Notes under the pieces: model-generated | The model's database searches: none | Told to the model about the DNA's origin: nothing | Seen by the model: the letters and a program-made list of their open reading frames with translations, nothing else | Translations under genes and position numbers: made by a program | Shown: positions 12,361 through 25,859 of the stretch, piece after piece | Layout: the number at the start of each line of letters is the position of its first letter | How positions within the stretch are numbered: the stretch's first letter is position 1 | DNA from: Octopus vulgaris | Taxonomy: Eukaryota | Direction of reading: 5' to 3' | Length of the DNA stretch: 64,000 bases | Assembly: GCA_951406725.2 (NCBI GenBank) | Contig: OX597815.1 | Location: 175,584,001-175,648,000, forward strand

Positions 12361-14322
12361 TAAATATATAACTCATGGCTACAAGTCGATTACCAGTAAA
12401 TACTATTTCTATGATAATTCTATTTAATCCTATTAGATCAATTCAACTTACTCTAAATTCTAACCACGGTTAGTTCAGCTCGTTGCTTTATCAATTGGCG
12501 ATAAACTAATTTTTTTCTAATTCACAACATCTATCCAGTTGTTATGTATCCCTAGTAGCCGTTGTGTCAAGAAAATGAATGTTAAATCTTTACGTAAATA
12601 ACATTTTTGTCTTCCACATGTTGCTTTTTTAAGACGTTAAAATTAAACTCAGTATCGAAAACTAATGAAATATTCATTTATTACCCACAGTATTTTGCCT
12701 CTTGTGGCTTGTTTAGACAAATTGAACAAACTATTTCATTCGTGAAACTGGTCATAGACAAAAAACGAAGAAAATGGGAAATGACCATCTCACCTTCAAA
12801 TCGTTATTTTGTGTCCTGTAACCTTAGCTCTCAGCACTCTCTGACATCACTCGGAACACTCTCTAATTTGCTAGCTTGCAATTAAAAGCACCATATTGAA
12901 GTGAATGATGCATTAGGAAACCACTCTGGTATTCTTTTCCCCAAGTGACTGAAGAATCAGTGTTTTAATGATACTTTCCAAAATATTAAACGATTAAATT
13001 GAACAACCAAAACAAAATTAGCCACAAGTCAAATGTGATGTGGGGTAGAGAGATCCCAAATGAACTAGATAATTAAATTACTTCAAAAAATTGGTGTAAA
13101 ACTAATACAAGTATGGACCCTAGGCATAAACGAAGTAAGACAAATGCTTTAAATTAGATTCTGCAGAACTGCGTGGTTAACAGTTCCAGGATTTTTAAGG
13201 TTCACTTGTCTTTAGTTTTAGAGAATCAAGTCAATAAAAGATAAACATCCTTTTAGACTTTAGAGGTAACATACCTAAATGATTTGGCTGTTGTTTCTGA
13301 TAGCTCAATGAACAGCAGTAAATAAAATCTGGGTTTTGTAAAGGCATATCAAGAATTGAACTGAAGATATATGAGCTGGTGGTCCACTACATCAAACTAT
13401 GAAGTCATTTCGTGTCTATCCACAGGGAATTGAAATTGTTATTAACGTCGTGAACACCATAACTATTTATAAAAATGAATATATCAATGCTTGTGTTTGT
13501 TTATAATGGTTTACACAAACAACTCTATCAGTTACAGTTAACTGGAAATGTAATTATTATTTTAAGATGTTAATCTGATTATTTTGAAAGTATTGTCGAT
13601 TATGAAAGTATCGCTTTGTATTGAGGTTTATCCTTTTTAACTTTGATCTTCTGTCCTTGAGATCTGGTCAAAATGAAATGTAGTCAGACATATAAAACGT
13701 AAGGCATGATAATTAAAACCGAGAATTAAATGACAAGCTTTAATTGTGGAGGAGCTTTTCTAATAATTCCACAAAGTCAATGATCGGCAACTTTACACAG
13801 GAACTAGAAAAACACAATTCACATTTTATTTAATATGTAAGGCAGTGAGCTGGCAGAATCGTTAGCACGCTGAGCGAAATGCTTATCGGTATTTTGTCTG
13901 CCACTACGTTCTGAGTTTGAATTCCACCAAGGTCAACTTACCCTTTCATCCTTTTTGGGGTCGATGAAATAAGTAGTGTTATGCGCTGGGGGTTGATGTT
14001 AATCGACTAGCCCCCTTCCCCCCAAATTTTCATGGCCTTGTGCCTAGAGTGGAAATAATTATATATTTAATATGCACAAATACATGACCACAAGTACAAT
14101 CACTTGGACATACAGAAGTAGTCAAATCGAAATTTATCGAGAAACATCATTTAGAATATGTGTGTGTGTGTGTGTGAAGATATAATTTTGTTTCTTAGTT
14201 GTAGTGAACCTGAGCACTGTTATACAACAATTTCTTTCATGTACACGCACACACACACACACACACATGCACACACTGAAACGTAATAGATATCACAGAA
14301 ACAAATGATTTGTTTGTTTCAG

Positions 14323-14509
14323 CTGATTATTAAAGTACTCGATGAAAACGACAACAGGCCTGTGTTTCAACCAAGTTCGGAATACTCATTTACCATTCAG
14401 GAAAAGGCCCCTGCTGGAACATTGGTTGGCCGAGTTACAGCCAAAGATGATGACTCCAATGAAAATGGAAGATTATCTTACAGTTTCATGTCAGGAAACC
14501 TCTTCAACG
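14323..14509 (+). CDS. Cadherin-like gene exon 6
   Basis: ttcag|CTG...AACG|gtattt; LIIKVLDENDNRPVF...VGRVTAKDDDSNENGRLSY; phase 0 to 1. Confidence 0.95.
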
Positions 14510-14589
14510 GTATTTACTTTTGCCTATTAATGCCTTACCCACCACAAACTGTTCTTGGTGTCTCTTTCTGACAAAGTCTTTACGTCTCA

Positions 14590-15350
14590 CATAATAAATA
14601 TTAGTATGCATGTTCTCTTGTATTTTCAATTATTTGAAGACTTCCTCTGAGAAATGGCGTTCAATTTTCTAACAAAGATACAAAGTTCCATCATTGCAAT
14701 GAAGAGAACAAAAACAATGACACATGATAAACTTGAGAAAAGTCTTGCATATTTTTGCCATTTTGCCTGAAGATTGTATTAATAGTTTGTGCATTGGTTG
14801 GTTGTTTTAGTTTTCTGAAAATCCTGGCTTTTTCAATTATCTCTTAGCTCTTAATGAGATCAAGTGCACCAATTGTTATTAGTATAAATATGAATTTATT
14901 ATCTGGATATGGAAACTGCCAGCTTTCAAGTAACTGTCTGTAGCTTTCCTCTTTCTCTTTGATTTTCAAAAAAGATATTCACATCAGGAGGAGTCCAGCT
15001 GACCACCATGGCATTACATACTTTTTCTTGTCTCTCAAGTGACAATATTCAGTCTGTTCTGTTTGCATTTGGTGGTGGAAGTTTTTATGGCAATGTTACA
15101 CCAAGCAACCAAGTCGTGTCACGTGGAACCTTGATGAGATTTCTTTGGCAGCTGCTGTTCATTTGTGTAATGTATTCCGCACAAATGTCACATAATCTAC
15201 ATTTACGGTTGTGTCATGGACCTCCAAGGGTTTCACACTGTCTCCTTTGTTCACGAGGTATTTTGTAGCAATCTGGTTGCTCATGGATTCCAAACTCATA
15301 ACCTTTGAAGTGTTATGTAATGGTCATGAGTCTAAAAAAGGCAGCATATC
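14590..15350 (-). mobile_element. RLE-type (R4-like) retroelement fragment, same group as 8105-8525
   Basis: minus strand KCRLCDICAEYITQMNSSC, IGAL, AKICKTFLKF; catgcatac at 3' end, (TATG)n at other side. Confidence 0.65.
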
Positions 15351-15754
15351 CTCTCGGCATGTACACAAGCACATACACACTTATGTATGTGTGTGTGTGT
15401 TGTGCTCGTGTATGTATGTCCTTCATGGTATTCAAACTGGTGGTTGACAGAGTAAGAAAGCTTTGTAAATGCACAAAACCAAGTATATGCATGTATGTAT
15501 GTATGCATGTATTATGCATATATGCATGCATGTATGTATGTATGCATGTATGTATCTATGCATGCATGTATGTGTGCAAATACAGACGTACATCGATGTA
15601 TTTCTGTTTCTATCTTTCTATGGTTTTCTACATGTGAATCAACGTCTTTGTCTTTATATCAAAACAGTTATCCTGTTTTGTTTTTTTTATCTCTGCTGCT
15701 TTCACACTTCCATCCTGCCTGTCTGCCTGCCTACATATGCTATTGCTATTTATG

Positions 15755-16380
15755 CTAGGAGAGAAGTTTCATCCCTGATATTTAGGATGTTATCTGTAGA
15801 AGTTCACATTTGGTACCCCATCCTCTGTATATTTTGGCTTTAACAATAATTTTCCATTCTAAGGGTTGCTTATTCCACCTTCTTTCAATGTTCATATCAT
15901 ATTTGACAGAGATGTTGCATGTTTTTTTTATTTTTGTCTCAAAATGACAGCAGATGTTGTGTACACCTTTCCTTGGATGAGTTACTTATCATTCTGCTAC
16001 ATGTCTTTGCTATTCTGTTGGGGTCTGTGATGTTAGCCTTGTATATGAGTTCTTTCTCAAGACAGTTGTTGTTCAGAGGGCAGCAGTTTGGGAATCTACA
16101 GTTGCATTGTCTTTCGAGTGTGTTTATACTTATTGTGATTGAGTGTTATTCTTTATATTCGGGAGGCAACTATAGCTAACTTTAACAATTTCTGATGATC
16201 TTGTGGTATTTGTGTGAATGTCAAAAGTGATTGTCCATTAGTTTTAAGACTTTCCTGGTTGTTAATAGCTATATTCATGCTATAAGGTGGGTTAAACCAT
16301 AAGATTTTCCTCTGTCTACATCTTCCTGGTCTATTTGTATGTGGTTCAATATAGCATATGCTGTTCTTGATAGACCTTTC
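15755..16380 (-). mobile_element. Penelope-like element (Naiad-type) GIY-YIG region, decayed
   Basis: RKILWFNPPYS, VKVSYSCLPN, CNCRFPNCCPLNNNCLEKELIYKA, ATSLSKY, WKII. Confidence 0.75.
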
Positions 16381-16390
16381 TACTGCAATA

Positions 16391-19300
16391 TCATCATCAT
16401 CATCATCATCATTTAACGTCCGCTTTCCATGCTAGCATGGGTTGGACGGTTCAACTGGGGTCTGGGGAGCCTGAAGGCTGCACCAGGCCAGTCAGATCTG
16501 GCAGTGTTTCTACAGCTGGATGCCCTTCCTAACGCCAACCACTCCGAGAGTGTAGTGGGTGATTTTATGTGCCACCGACACAGGTGCCAGACGAGGCTGG
16601 CAAACGGCCATGCTCGGATGGTGTTTTTATGTGCCACCGACACAGGTGCCAGACGAGGCTGGCAGACGGCCACGCTTGGATGGTGTTTTTTATGTGCCAC
16701 CGACACAGGTGCCAGATGAGGCTGGTGAACGGCCACGATCGGATGGTGTTTGTTACGTGCCCACAGCACGGAGGCCAGTCGATGCGGTACTGGCTACGGC
16801 CACGTTCGGATGGTTTTCTTGTGTGCCACCGGCACTGGTACCACAAAGATACAAATTCCATTGATGTTCATCTATTTTGATTTTGTTTGATTTTCACTTG
16901 CCTCAACAGGTCTTCACAAGTGTCACAAGAAGGAAGGTATGCACAGGTGGACTGACTACGTCCCAGGTAGGGGCCACGGGTTATGGCCTGACTAGTCTTG
17001 CCGGGTCTTCTCACGCACAGCATACTTCCATAGGTCTCGGTCTCTAGTCATTTCCTTGGTGAGACCTAAAGTTCGAAGGTTGTGCTTCACCACCTCGTCC
17101 CAGGTTTTCCTGGGTCTACCTCTTCCACAGGTTCCCTCAACTGCTAGGGTGTAGCACTTTTGCACACAACTATCTTCAGCCATTCTCGTCACATGACCAT
17201 ATCAGCGCAGCCATCTCTCTTGCACACCACAACTGACGCTTCTTAGGTTCAACTTTTCTCTCAAGGTACTTACACTCTGACGATTATGAACACTGACATT
17301 ACACATCCATCGGAGCATACTGGCTTCATTTCTTGCGAGCTTACGCATATCCTCAGCAGTCACGGCCCATGTTTCACTACCATGTAGCATGGCTGTACGT
17401 ACACATGCATCATACAGTCTGCCTTTTACTCTGAGCGAGAGGCCTTTTGTCACCAGCAGGGGTAAGAGCTCTCTAAACTTTGCCCAGGCTATTCTTACTC
17501 TAGCAGTTACACTTTCAGCACACCCACCCCCGCTACTGACTTGGTCTCCTAGGTAGCGGAAGCTATCAACTACTTCTAGTTTGTCTCCCTGGAACGTGGT
17601 AAAAGTTGGTCTCTGCACATTTCCAGTGTTTATTGCTCCTGAGCATCTGCCACAGACAAAAACTATTTTCCTAGTTAGCCTTCCTTTGACATTGCTGCAC
17701 CTCTTATGTGTCCATAGCTTACACTTGGTGCACCTTATAGAGTTTCTACCTACACCTTTTTTACAGATCGAGCAGGGCCATCGTTTGTGATTGGTCCACC
17801 TTCCTACTTATTAGGACTTTGGTTTTGGCTAGGTTGATTCTAAGGCCCTTCGATTCTAATCCTTGTTTCCACACCTGAAACTTCTCCTCCAGTTCTGATA
17901 GTGACTCAGCAATTAGAGCAAGGTCATCAGCATAGAGGAGCTCCCAGGGGCATCCTGTCTTGAATTCCTCCGTTATTGCCTGGAGGACTATGATAAATAG
18001 GAGGGGACTGAGGACTGAACCTTGGTGGACCCCAACCTCTACCCGGAATTCTTCACTGTACTCGTTGCCAACCCTCACCTTACTAGCAGTGTCTCTATAC
18101 ATGGCTCGCACAGCTCTCACTAACCATTCATCTATCCCTAGTTTCCTCATTGACCACCAGATAAGGGATCGGGGGACCCTGTCAAAGGCTTTCTCCAAGT
18201 CAACAAAAGCCAGATACAAGGGCTTATCTTTGGCTAGGTATTTCTCCTGCAGCTGTCTCACCAGGAATATAGCATCAGTAGTACTTTTCCCTGGCACGAA
18301 CCCAAACTGCATATCATCTAAGCTAACTCTCTCTCTAATTAATTGGGCTATAACCCTCTCCGTAACCTTCATTACCTGATCCAGCAGCTTGATGCCCCTG
18401 TAGTTATTTGTATCCAGGGCGTCACCTTTACCTTTGTAGCAGTTGACTATTATGCTGCTACACCAGTCATTGGGTATGACTCCTTCGTGTATCACCTGGT
18501 TAACTATACGGGTGACTAAGCTATAGCTGACACTACCAGATGTTTTGAGCATCTCTGCAGTAATTCCTGATGGGCCTGGGGCTTTCCCTGTTTTCATGCT
18601 TCTAATTGCCTCAACTACTAAAGAGCTGTTAACTCGGATTGCTGGTCCCTCTGTTGGGTCCACATTCGGCAGACTCTCTTTATCCCATTCATTTTCCTCA
18701 TTCAGCAACCTTTCATAGTGGCGTCTCCACGCCTCTCTCTTTGCATCCTCATTTAGCGCAAGTGAACCGTCATCCTTGCGAACACATTTCTCTCCTACCA
18801 TGTCACGATTCTCTCTCACACACTGTCTTGCAACACGAAATACCTGAAGTCTTTCATCCTCACGGCGCAGGACATTGGCAAATTTTTTCTTATCTGCTTC
18901 CCCTCTGGCTAGATAGACCTGTCTCCTAGCTTCCCTTCTGGCAGTCTGATACCCTTCCCTGCTACCACCGTTCTTCCAGGCCTTCCAAGCCTGTTTCTTT
19001 TGTCTAATAGCCCTGTCGACAATATTGTTCCACCACCACGTTATTTTGGGTCTTAAGGGGACTTTGCACCAGCCACAGATCTGGTCAGTGGCTTTCAGCT
19101 TCCCTCAGAAGCGTCCAGTTGTCTTCTACCCCATGCGTAGTTATACCCCCTTCCATTTCGTCAAAGGCTTCAAGTAACATGTCTCTAAATCTCTGTCCAT
19201 TCGCAGGGTCTTTAAGCTTCCAGACCCTTCTTCTCCATGTTGGTCATCTAGTCGCCCTCTTATTCTAGTCGCCCTCTTATTCCTGATCCTAAAGTCACTA

Positions 19301-19881
19301 ACTACCAGTCTATGTTGTGGGGTGCATTCTTCGCCTGGGAAGGTTTTGGCATTTATAAGCAGCCATCTTTCCCTTTTTCTGGCAAGGATGTAGTCGATTT
19401 GGCTAGTATGCCGGCCCGATCGGTAGGTGACCAGGTGGCTTGTCGGTTTCCTGAAGTTAGTGTTGCAGACCATAAGACTATTCGCATCGCAGAACTCCAG
19501 CAGCCTGGTTCCCTCCTCGTTGCGGGAACCATAACCGTAGCCTCCATGTACGCCATGGAAGCCCCCAGCATGTCGTCCAACATGCCCATTGAAATCACCA
19601 GCCACAAAGAGAAGGTCCCTGTCATTCGTCAATGAGGTTGTCTGCAGTAGGGTGTCATAGAAACTGTCTTTCTGTCCATCGGGTAGCCCTGGCTGAGGGG
19701 CATAGGCCGATATAATGGTTGCTAATCTATTATGAAGCACTATTCTAATCTTAAGTATTCTGTCACTTACTCTGATTACCTCAATTACTCTATCTACCCA
19801 TTTCTCAGCGATAAGTATACCCACGCCACCAACACCATCAGTGTTCCAGTATACCCACGCCACCAACCCCGTCAGTGTTCC
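16391..19881 (-). mobile_element. RTE-clade LINE, 5'-truncated, near-intact (APE endonuclease, RT, PHD finger, 3' UTR, (ATG)n tail)
   Basis: GVGILI, SAYAPQ, GDFNGHVG, QIDYIL; KAPGPSG, NYRGIKLL, DLEKAFD, GVHQGSVLSPLLF, YADD; GRGRPRKTW; few frameshifts and stops. Confidence 0.97.
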
Positions 19882-20053
19882 ACTATATATATATATATAG
19901 ATTCAGATGAATATGGTATGTAAGTTGAGGCACCAGAATTTAATACAGTATTATCCATACAATTTCAAAATAAGGTGATTAAAATCATATTAAATGGTGT
20001 TGTTTGAAATGATCGTACTGCATTACCTCTGGATATCCTTGTTGCTTATTTTG

Positions 20054-20097
<44 letters not shown>

Positions 20098-20120
20098 CAT
20101 ACATATTGTTTTATTTTCAG

Positions 20121-20347
20121 GACAAAGGATTTTTAATATTAATGCAGTCACAGGAGAGATAAAAACAGCCTTTGATATGTTGAATGTTTCTACAGTAAAT
20201 TCTTTCCCTCTGACTGTGAAAGCAACAGACAACGGTCTTCGTCGTTTGAATGCAAAGGCAAATGTTGAAGTTGTCATTGAGTTTTTAATCACAAAAGAAC
20301 CGAGAATTCTTCAACCAGGACCTGGACAAATCGCAAGAGTTTCTGAG
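20121..20347 (+). CDS. Cadherin-like gene exon 7
   Basis: ttcag|GA...GAG|gtgcaa; FNINAVTGEIKT...LTVKATDNG...EPRILQP...ARVSE; phase 1 to 0. Confidence 0.92.
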
Positions 20348-21404
20348 GTGCAATTATCTATCTATCTATCTGTCTGTCTGCTGTGTGTGTGTGTGTATGA
20401 GTGCATGTCTGTTGGTGTGTGTCTGTCTGCCTTCATATCTATCTATATGTAAGCATATATATGTACACATGTTTATACACACACACATATATATATATAT
20501 TCATATATGTATATGTATATATACATATACACATGTTGCTGTCTTGATGATTGTGTGGGTAAAGACAGGGAGATATCAACCTAGACAAAGGATGTTGAAT
20601 TCTTTCTAGACTCTGGTTTAAATTTTTTCTCAAAGTTATGCCCCAGCATGGCTGCAGTCTAATGACTGAAACAAGTAAAAGGTATATATATATATAATGA
20701 CTGACATATTCTTTCAGATTTCTGAAAGTCTGAAGAATAAATATGTAAGTCATCGTTCTGAATCTCGTTGTTCTCCGACAATTCTTTATCTGTTGGCAAA
20801 TACAAGAATGTATCAGTAAATAATTCGTCTGCTAAATTTATAAACAAGAGCCATACACTCAAGTTAGATTTATTAGTTGAGAGTAGGTTTGGCCTGGCAG
20901 ACTCAGTGATGACGAAGCATCAGCTGTCTCAAAATCCCCTAATGAGCTAACAAATTGAGAGTGTGATGACCAAACATTCATCTCAAAGTATTTGTTCTCC
21001 AATGACAAAATGCAACAGTGATAAGCATATTTACGTTCGCATCGGCCGCTCACTGTTTACTTTGCACCTGACAATAATAAATCGTTATGAGCTCAATGAA
21101 CAGTGAGAGTCAAGAGTGGCTGACATATACAGTCTTAGCCCGTCCTGCCAGATTCGAAGCTGATGCAAATCCACAGAAACAAGAAATATATTTAAAGACA
21201 AATAATGGTGAAGGAACACAAAATGAATTGGCAAATCCCAATGATTCTTCTAGAAGCAAAGAATTCTAGCATTCAATCGAGAAATGTTTATCACACATAA
21301 AAATATCTATTTTGACCAGAGTCAAAGTATCTTCCATTTTGTATTACTTTATTTAAACACAAATATTTGACTAAAGAAATTCAATTCATATAATTATATT
21401 TTAG

Positions 21405-21581
21405 AACCAACCAAATGGAACTTATGTGTTTACAGTGGTCGCCAAAGCTCGACAAGATTCCAATGTTTCATTTTCTCTTATTTCCGATGAAACGAGTCCT
21501 AAGTTATTTGAAATAGATCCTATTTCTGGAATCATAACTACAATGGCACCTCTAGACAGAGAGGAACAGAGCATGTACACT
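21405..21581 (+). CDS. Cadherin-like gene exon 8
   Basis: tttag|AAC...ACT|gtaagt; NQPNGTYVFTVVAK...FEIDPISGIITTMAPLDREEQSMYT; phase 0 to 0. Confidence 0.95.
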
Positions 21582-22306
21582 GTAAGTATATTTTCTTGAG
21601 TTATTTAATCATAATTCTAAGATTGTGATAGTTTTCCTTGTTAGTCAGAAGCAAGCCACAAAGATATACAGTAGAACATCTGCCTGAATCCAACACCAAT
21701 TCAAAAAATTTACAGAATCGATTTTATTTTCACTTCTGTGTGGCTGATGAAAATAATTATCAAATTTGTGTTGTGGATATGTCTAAGAATGAGTAAAGAA
21801 AAGAAACATTAGCGATGGATGAAAATGGAGTTTAGTGGCTTCCTGTAGTAAATCTCATTGGTGTAACAATTGCTTTCAACAATTCTAGAATCAATAAGTT
21901 AAATTCAAGTCAATATAATTGGATTTAAGGTAAATTGTACATTTTAAAGTAAACAATTTTTATAGAGATTCTGTAAGAAATATGCAAAAGAAAAAAAAAA
22001 ATGCATGAATTTAGATTAACTAATTTTAAAATCTCAAGTGATGTCATGCTGAAGGGTTCAGAAAGAGGACAAAATAGAGCTGTCCATGGTTACCAGAAAA
22101 CTTTAAGGACTTTCATGCAAAAATAAAGGAGTTATATGGAAATATATGTATGTACTTTTTTACTCTTTGAAAATGATTTCTCAACATAAGAAAACTAGAC
22201 TTGGAAAGCTTTTTTCCCCATCAGTAGCAATTCCGAGTAATTTCATCTTGTATATGTTTTTATTTATTATGTAACAACTTGTAACTATTCTTATATTCCT
22301 GATCAG

Positions 22307-22420
22307 GTCGTTATTCAGGCTGCTGACACATTAAATCTTAATTACACCAGCATAAAGCAGTTGCGTGTTTTTGTACTCGATGAAGATGACAACAGACCAA
22401 CTTTTACTTCATGTTCGTCG
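22307..22420 (+). CDS. Cadherin-like gene exon 9
   Basis: atcag|GTC...TCG|gtaagt; VVIQAAD...LRVFVLDEDDNRPTFTSCSS; phase 0 to 0. Confidence 0.93.
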
Positions 22421-22448
22421 GTAAGTAAAAAGAAAATCAGTGTGTGTG

Positions 22449-22486
<38 letters not shown>

Positions 22487-24171
22487 AGTGTTGTTCTCAG
22501 AAACATTTGTAAGCAAATACTTTTTTTACTTATTTTAGCCATTGGACTCTGCATTTCAAATTTTTAGTCTTCTATCAATGGCTCAGGCCAAGTTATCTAA
22601 GTTCTAATGTCAGTATTAAATTTCACTGTGTCTCATTCATACGTACACTGTTTCATTTCACAGTGTAAATCTATTCACTTTCTCTTTTGATATCACCGAG
22701 AGAAAAACAAAGAACATGAACATTTCCCAATACTCAATATGCTCACTCTGCAAATTCAGAGCCCTGCACCTTGTCAAAAATCCCCATCCTCTAGAATGTA
22801 TCATTCTTCTTTCTTCTCGTAAAAATAACTTGATTAGTTGCTCGTTATTACACAGACTCTATTAAGGTAGAGAATTGACAGCAAATGTTAAAGCAGGTCT
22901 AAACGAGTTGAATTATTTTAATTGGATGCTTAAAGATCTAAATGTTACTGGAGCCTACGTTTTCTTTAAACCTCTCATGATCGATAAAGTTAGTATCGGT
23001 GACAACTGCCGTCAACTACAAGCATTTTCTACTATAAAAGGCAACCTAGCATCTGGTCAGAAGTAAATATTAAGTTCATTATAATTTCTATGTAAAATAT
23101 TTCAAAGTTACACAACTTAATACAACCCTATTAATAAATGTGAATTCTAAATATTGAAGATTTTGTTAAATAATGAAAAACCTACATAAATTTAGTTATT
23201 AAAATCATTTTTGACTTATGAAGTGAAGACAATAAACTAAGAATAACAATCGCAAAATACAGACTAAGGAGAAAAAAAACAGCAGCTGGATCAATGGTTG
23301 AAAATTTTAAAAGAATTAATACTATCGCTTATTAATTAAAATTTCACATGAAATAATTATAGCCTTTATTAATTAAAATATTGCTAAAGCATTAATTAGA
23401 ACGATGTTACTAATTTAGCAAATTTTCAATTTAGAAAGTTGTTTTCTATTAAATGTGGGTGTTGGCAATAAACTCATTAGGTCCCAGATTTTCAAACACT
23501 GATCATTAGATTTCTGCTACTTGTTGTCATTGTACTGTATAGCTTTGAAATACTACCTATCTGTCTGCCTGTCCATCCATCACTATAAACCAATATATAC
23601 CCTTATCAAAAGAACTTAGCGACATGAAACACAGAAACTGACAGTTATATCCCGTGTCTTGGAAATGACGTATGCGCTATTTCTATATACAATTAATCCC
23701 ACGTGTTCCTTCTACCAGATGAGATAAAAATTTCAAGGACTAAAAATTGCAGACTTTAAGTTTTGAGAACTTTATAACGGCATAAACTGTTTTCTAAAAT
23801 CTGATTAAATTTTCCTCTAAAATTTCTTTGGTTAAAACATGCACCAAAATACATTCAGTAAAATGTGAGTCTATGCATGAGAAGACAGACATAGAACAAA
23901 ACACATAAATCTGCACGTATACATGCATGCATACATACATAGGCTAATATTGAATAATGATCAACGTCACACTGGGGGATAAAAATTACACTAAAATCAC
24001 GTGATACAACAGTCTCATCCGACAGTACTGAGGAATTTTCCTCTGCCATTATAATCTGCACTTTTTAGATGAAATTTCAGCAAGATTACAATTTATGGCA
24101 TTTAAAGCAACACTCTAAGTTCAGTTGGATGTGCAAATTAATACATACATGCATACATACACATGTGGGGG

Positions 24172-24227
<56 letters not shown>

Positions 24228-24499
24228 TTATTGCCCACAAGGGGCTAAACATAGAAAGGACAAACAAGGACAGACAAACGGATTAAGTCGTTTATATCGA
24301 CCCAAGTGCGTAACTGGTACTTATTTAATTGACCCCGAAAAGATGAAAGGCAAAGTTGACCTTGGTGGAATTTGAACTCAGAATGTAACGGCAGACGAAA
24401 TACTGCTAAGCATTTCGCCCGGCGTGCTAACGATTCTGCCAGCTCGTTGCCCTTGTATGTGTGTGTATATAGGCATGGATATAGAATGATATAGAATAT

Positions 24500-25390
24500 A
24501 TAGTAAAAAGTAAGCAACATTTTGAACCACGAAGAATTTACACTGGATTTTTCCAGAGTTTTGAATTTTTTGAAACATTTTTTTGCAATTGTCTTATAAT
24601 ACAGATATAGACTTGCCCAAATGCATCAATAAATTAACATTGATATTTTTTTCACCATTCTTTCAATCATCTGAGATGGAGCAGTCAAAGCGTAATATTC
24701 AAGCAATTTTGCTATTTGACTTCAAAAAAGGACGTAAAACAGCTGAAACTGTTCGCGATATCAACGGAACATTTGATGAGGAAATGACCAGTAAGTGGTC
24801 AGCTTGAAAATGGTTTAAGTGATTTCATAATGGAGTCCTGAGCCTTGAGGATCGTGGACATAGTGGACACCCATCTGTCATCAATGATGGTCAATTAAAG
24901 ACTGTCATTGAGAAAGATCCACGTAAAACCACTCAAGAACTGGAAAAAGAACTTCAAGTTCGCCAGAAAACTGCCTGCAACCATTTGCATGTGATCAGAA
25001 AATCAAAAAAGGTCTACAAATAGGTACCACATGATTTGAATGAAAACCAGAAAATGCGCAGATATGAAATTTGCTCGTCGCTACTTCTCCATGACTATAC
25101 CATTCCATTTCTCAACTGTATTGTAAATTGCGATGAAAAGTGGATTCTGTACAATAATTTAAAAAATGTTCTTTGCATTGGTTGGACTAAAATGAAGCAT
25201 CGAAACCCAAGCTCTTCAAAAAGATTATGGTGGCTGTTTGCTAGTGTACTGCTGGACACATCCATCATAACTTCTTAAAACCTGGAAAAACCATTACTGC
25301 AGAAACCTACTGCCATGAAATGGCCAAAATGAATGAAAAACTGCTACTTCTCCGTGCCAGGCTGGTCAACAGAAGTGCTGCCAATCATTC
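24500..25390 (+). mobile_element. mariner transposon, decayed and 3'-truncated
   Basis: ILLFDFKKGRKTAETVRDIN, VPHDLNE, IVNCDEKWILYNN, LKPGKTITAETY. Confidence 0.9.
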
Positions 25391-25859
25391 TTTCAGTACA
25401 GAAACATACACAGAGTGTAATATTTATATCAAGGAAAGGATGACAGTTACTTTGATGTTTCAAATTTAATTCAGTGTAGCCATATATGACCTCTACTATT
25501 GAAACCAGTGACAAAGAATTCTCCTTCATGCACTTGGACAAATTCTAAAACAAAGAAATTTTCTTTCTTTTCTTTCCTTACTCTGATAAAATCTTCACCA
25601 TTTCTGTTAATAGAGCTCAATGCTACTAAATGTCTCTTATGAAATTCATTGAACATTTGAACCTGTACCACTGTCTATCTCTGTGAAACATTGAACATTG
25701 CAATTTGTATGAGCATTCGATCTTTTAAGCATGTTTTCCCTGAATTTTCTCTCATACTCTTAATCTCTCCTATTTTTCTTTATTCACCATTGAAAAACAA
25801 ACTGGTTTGGTATTTCAATAAGCCTGTTACAAAATTTAAAAACTTCTACACAATTTAAG

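Noticed and set aside
16565-16850. CRISPR-like array or HDV-like ribozyme (ccagcctcgtctggc resembles HDV P3/L3)
   Set aside because: Units are contiguous without unique spacers, no cas genes, eukaryotic LINE UTR; no P1/P2 partners for an HDV fold
17960-18379. 139-aa + strand ORF
   Set aside because: Antisense shadow of the RTE reverse transcriptase
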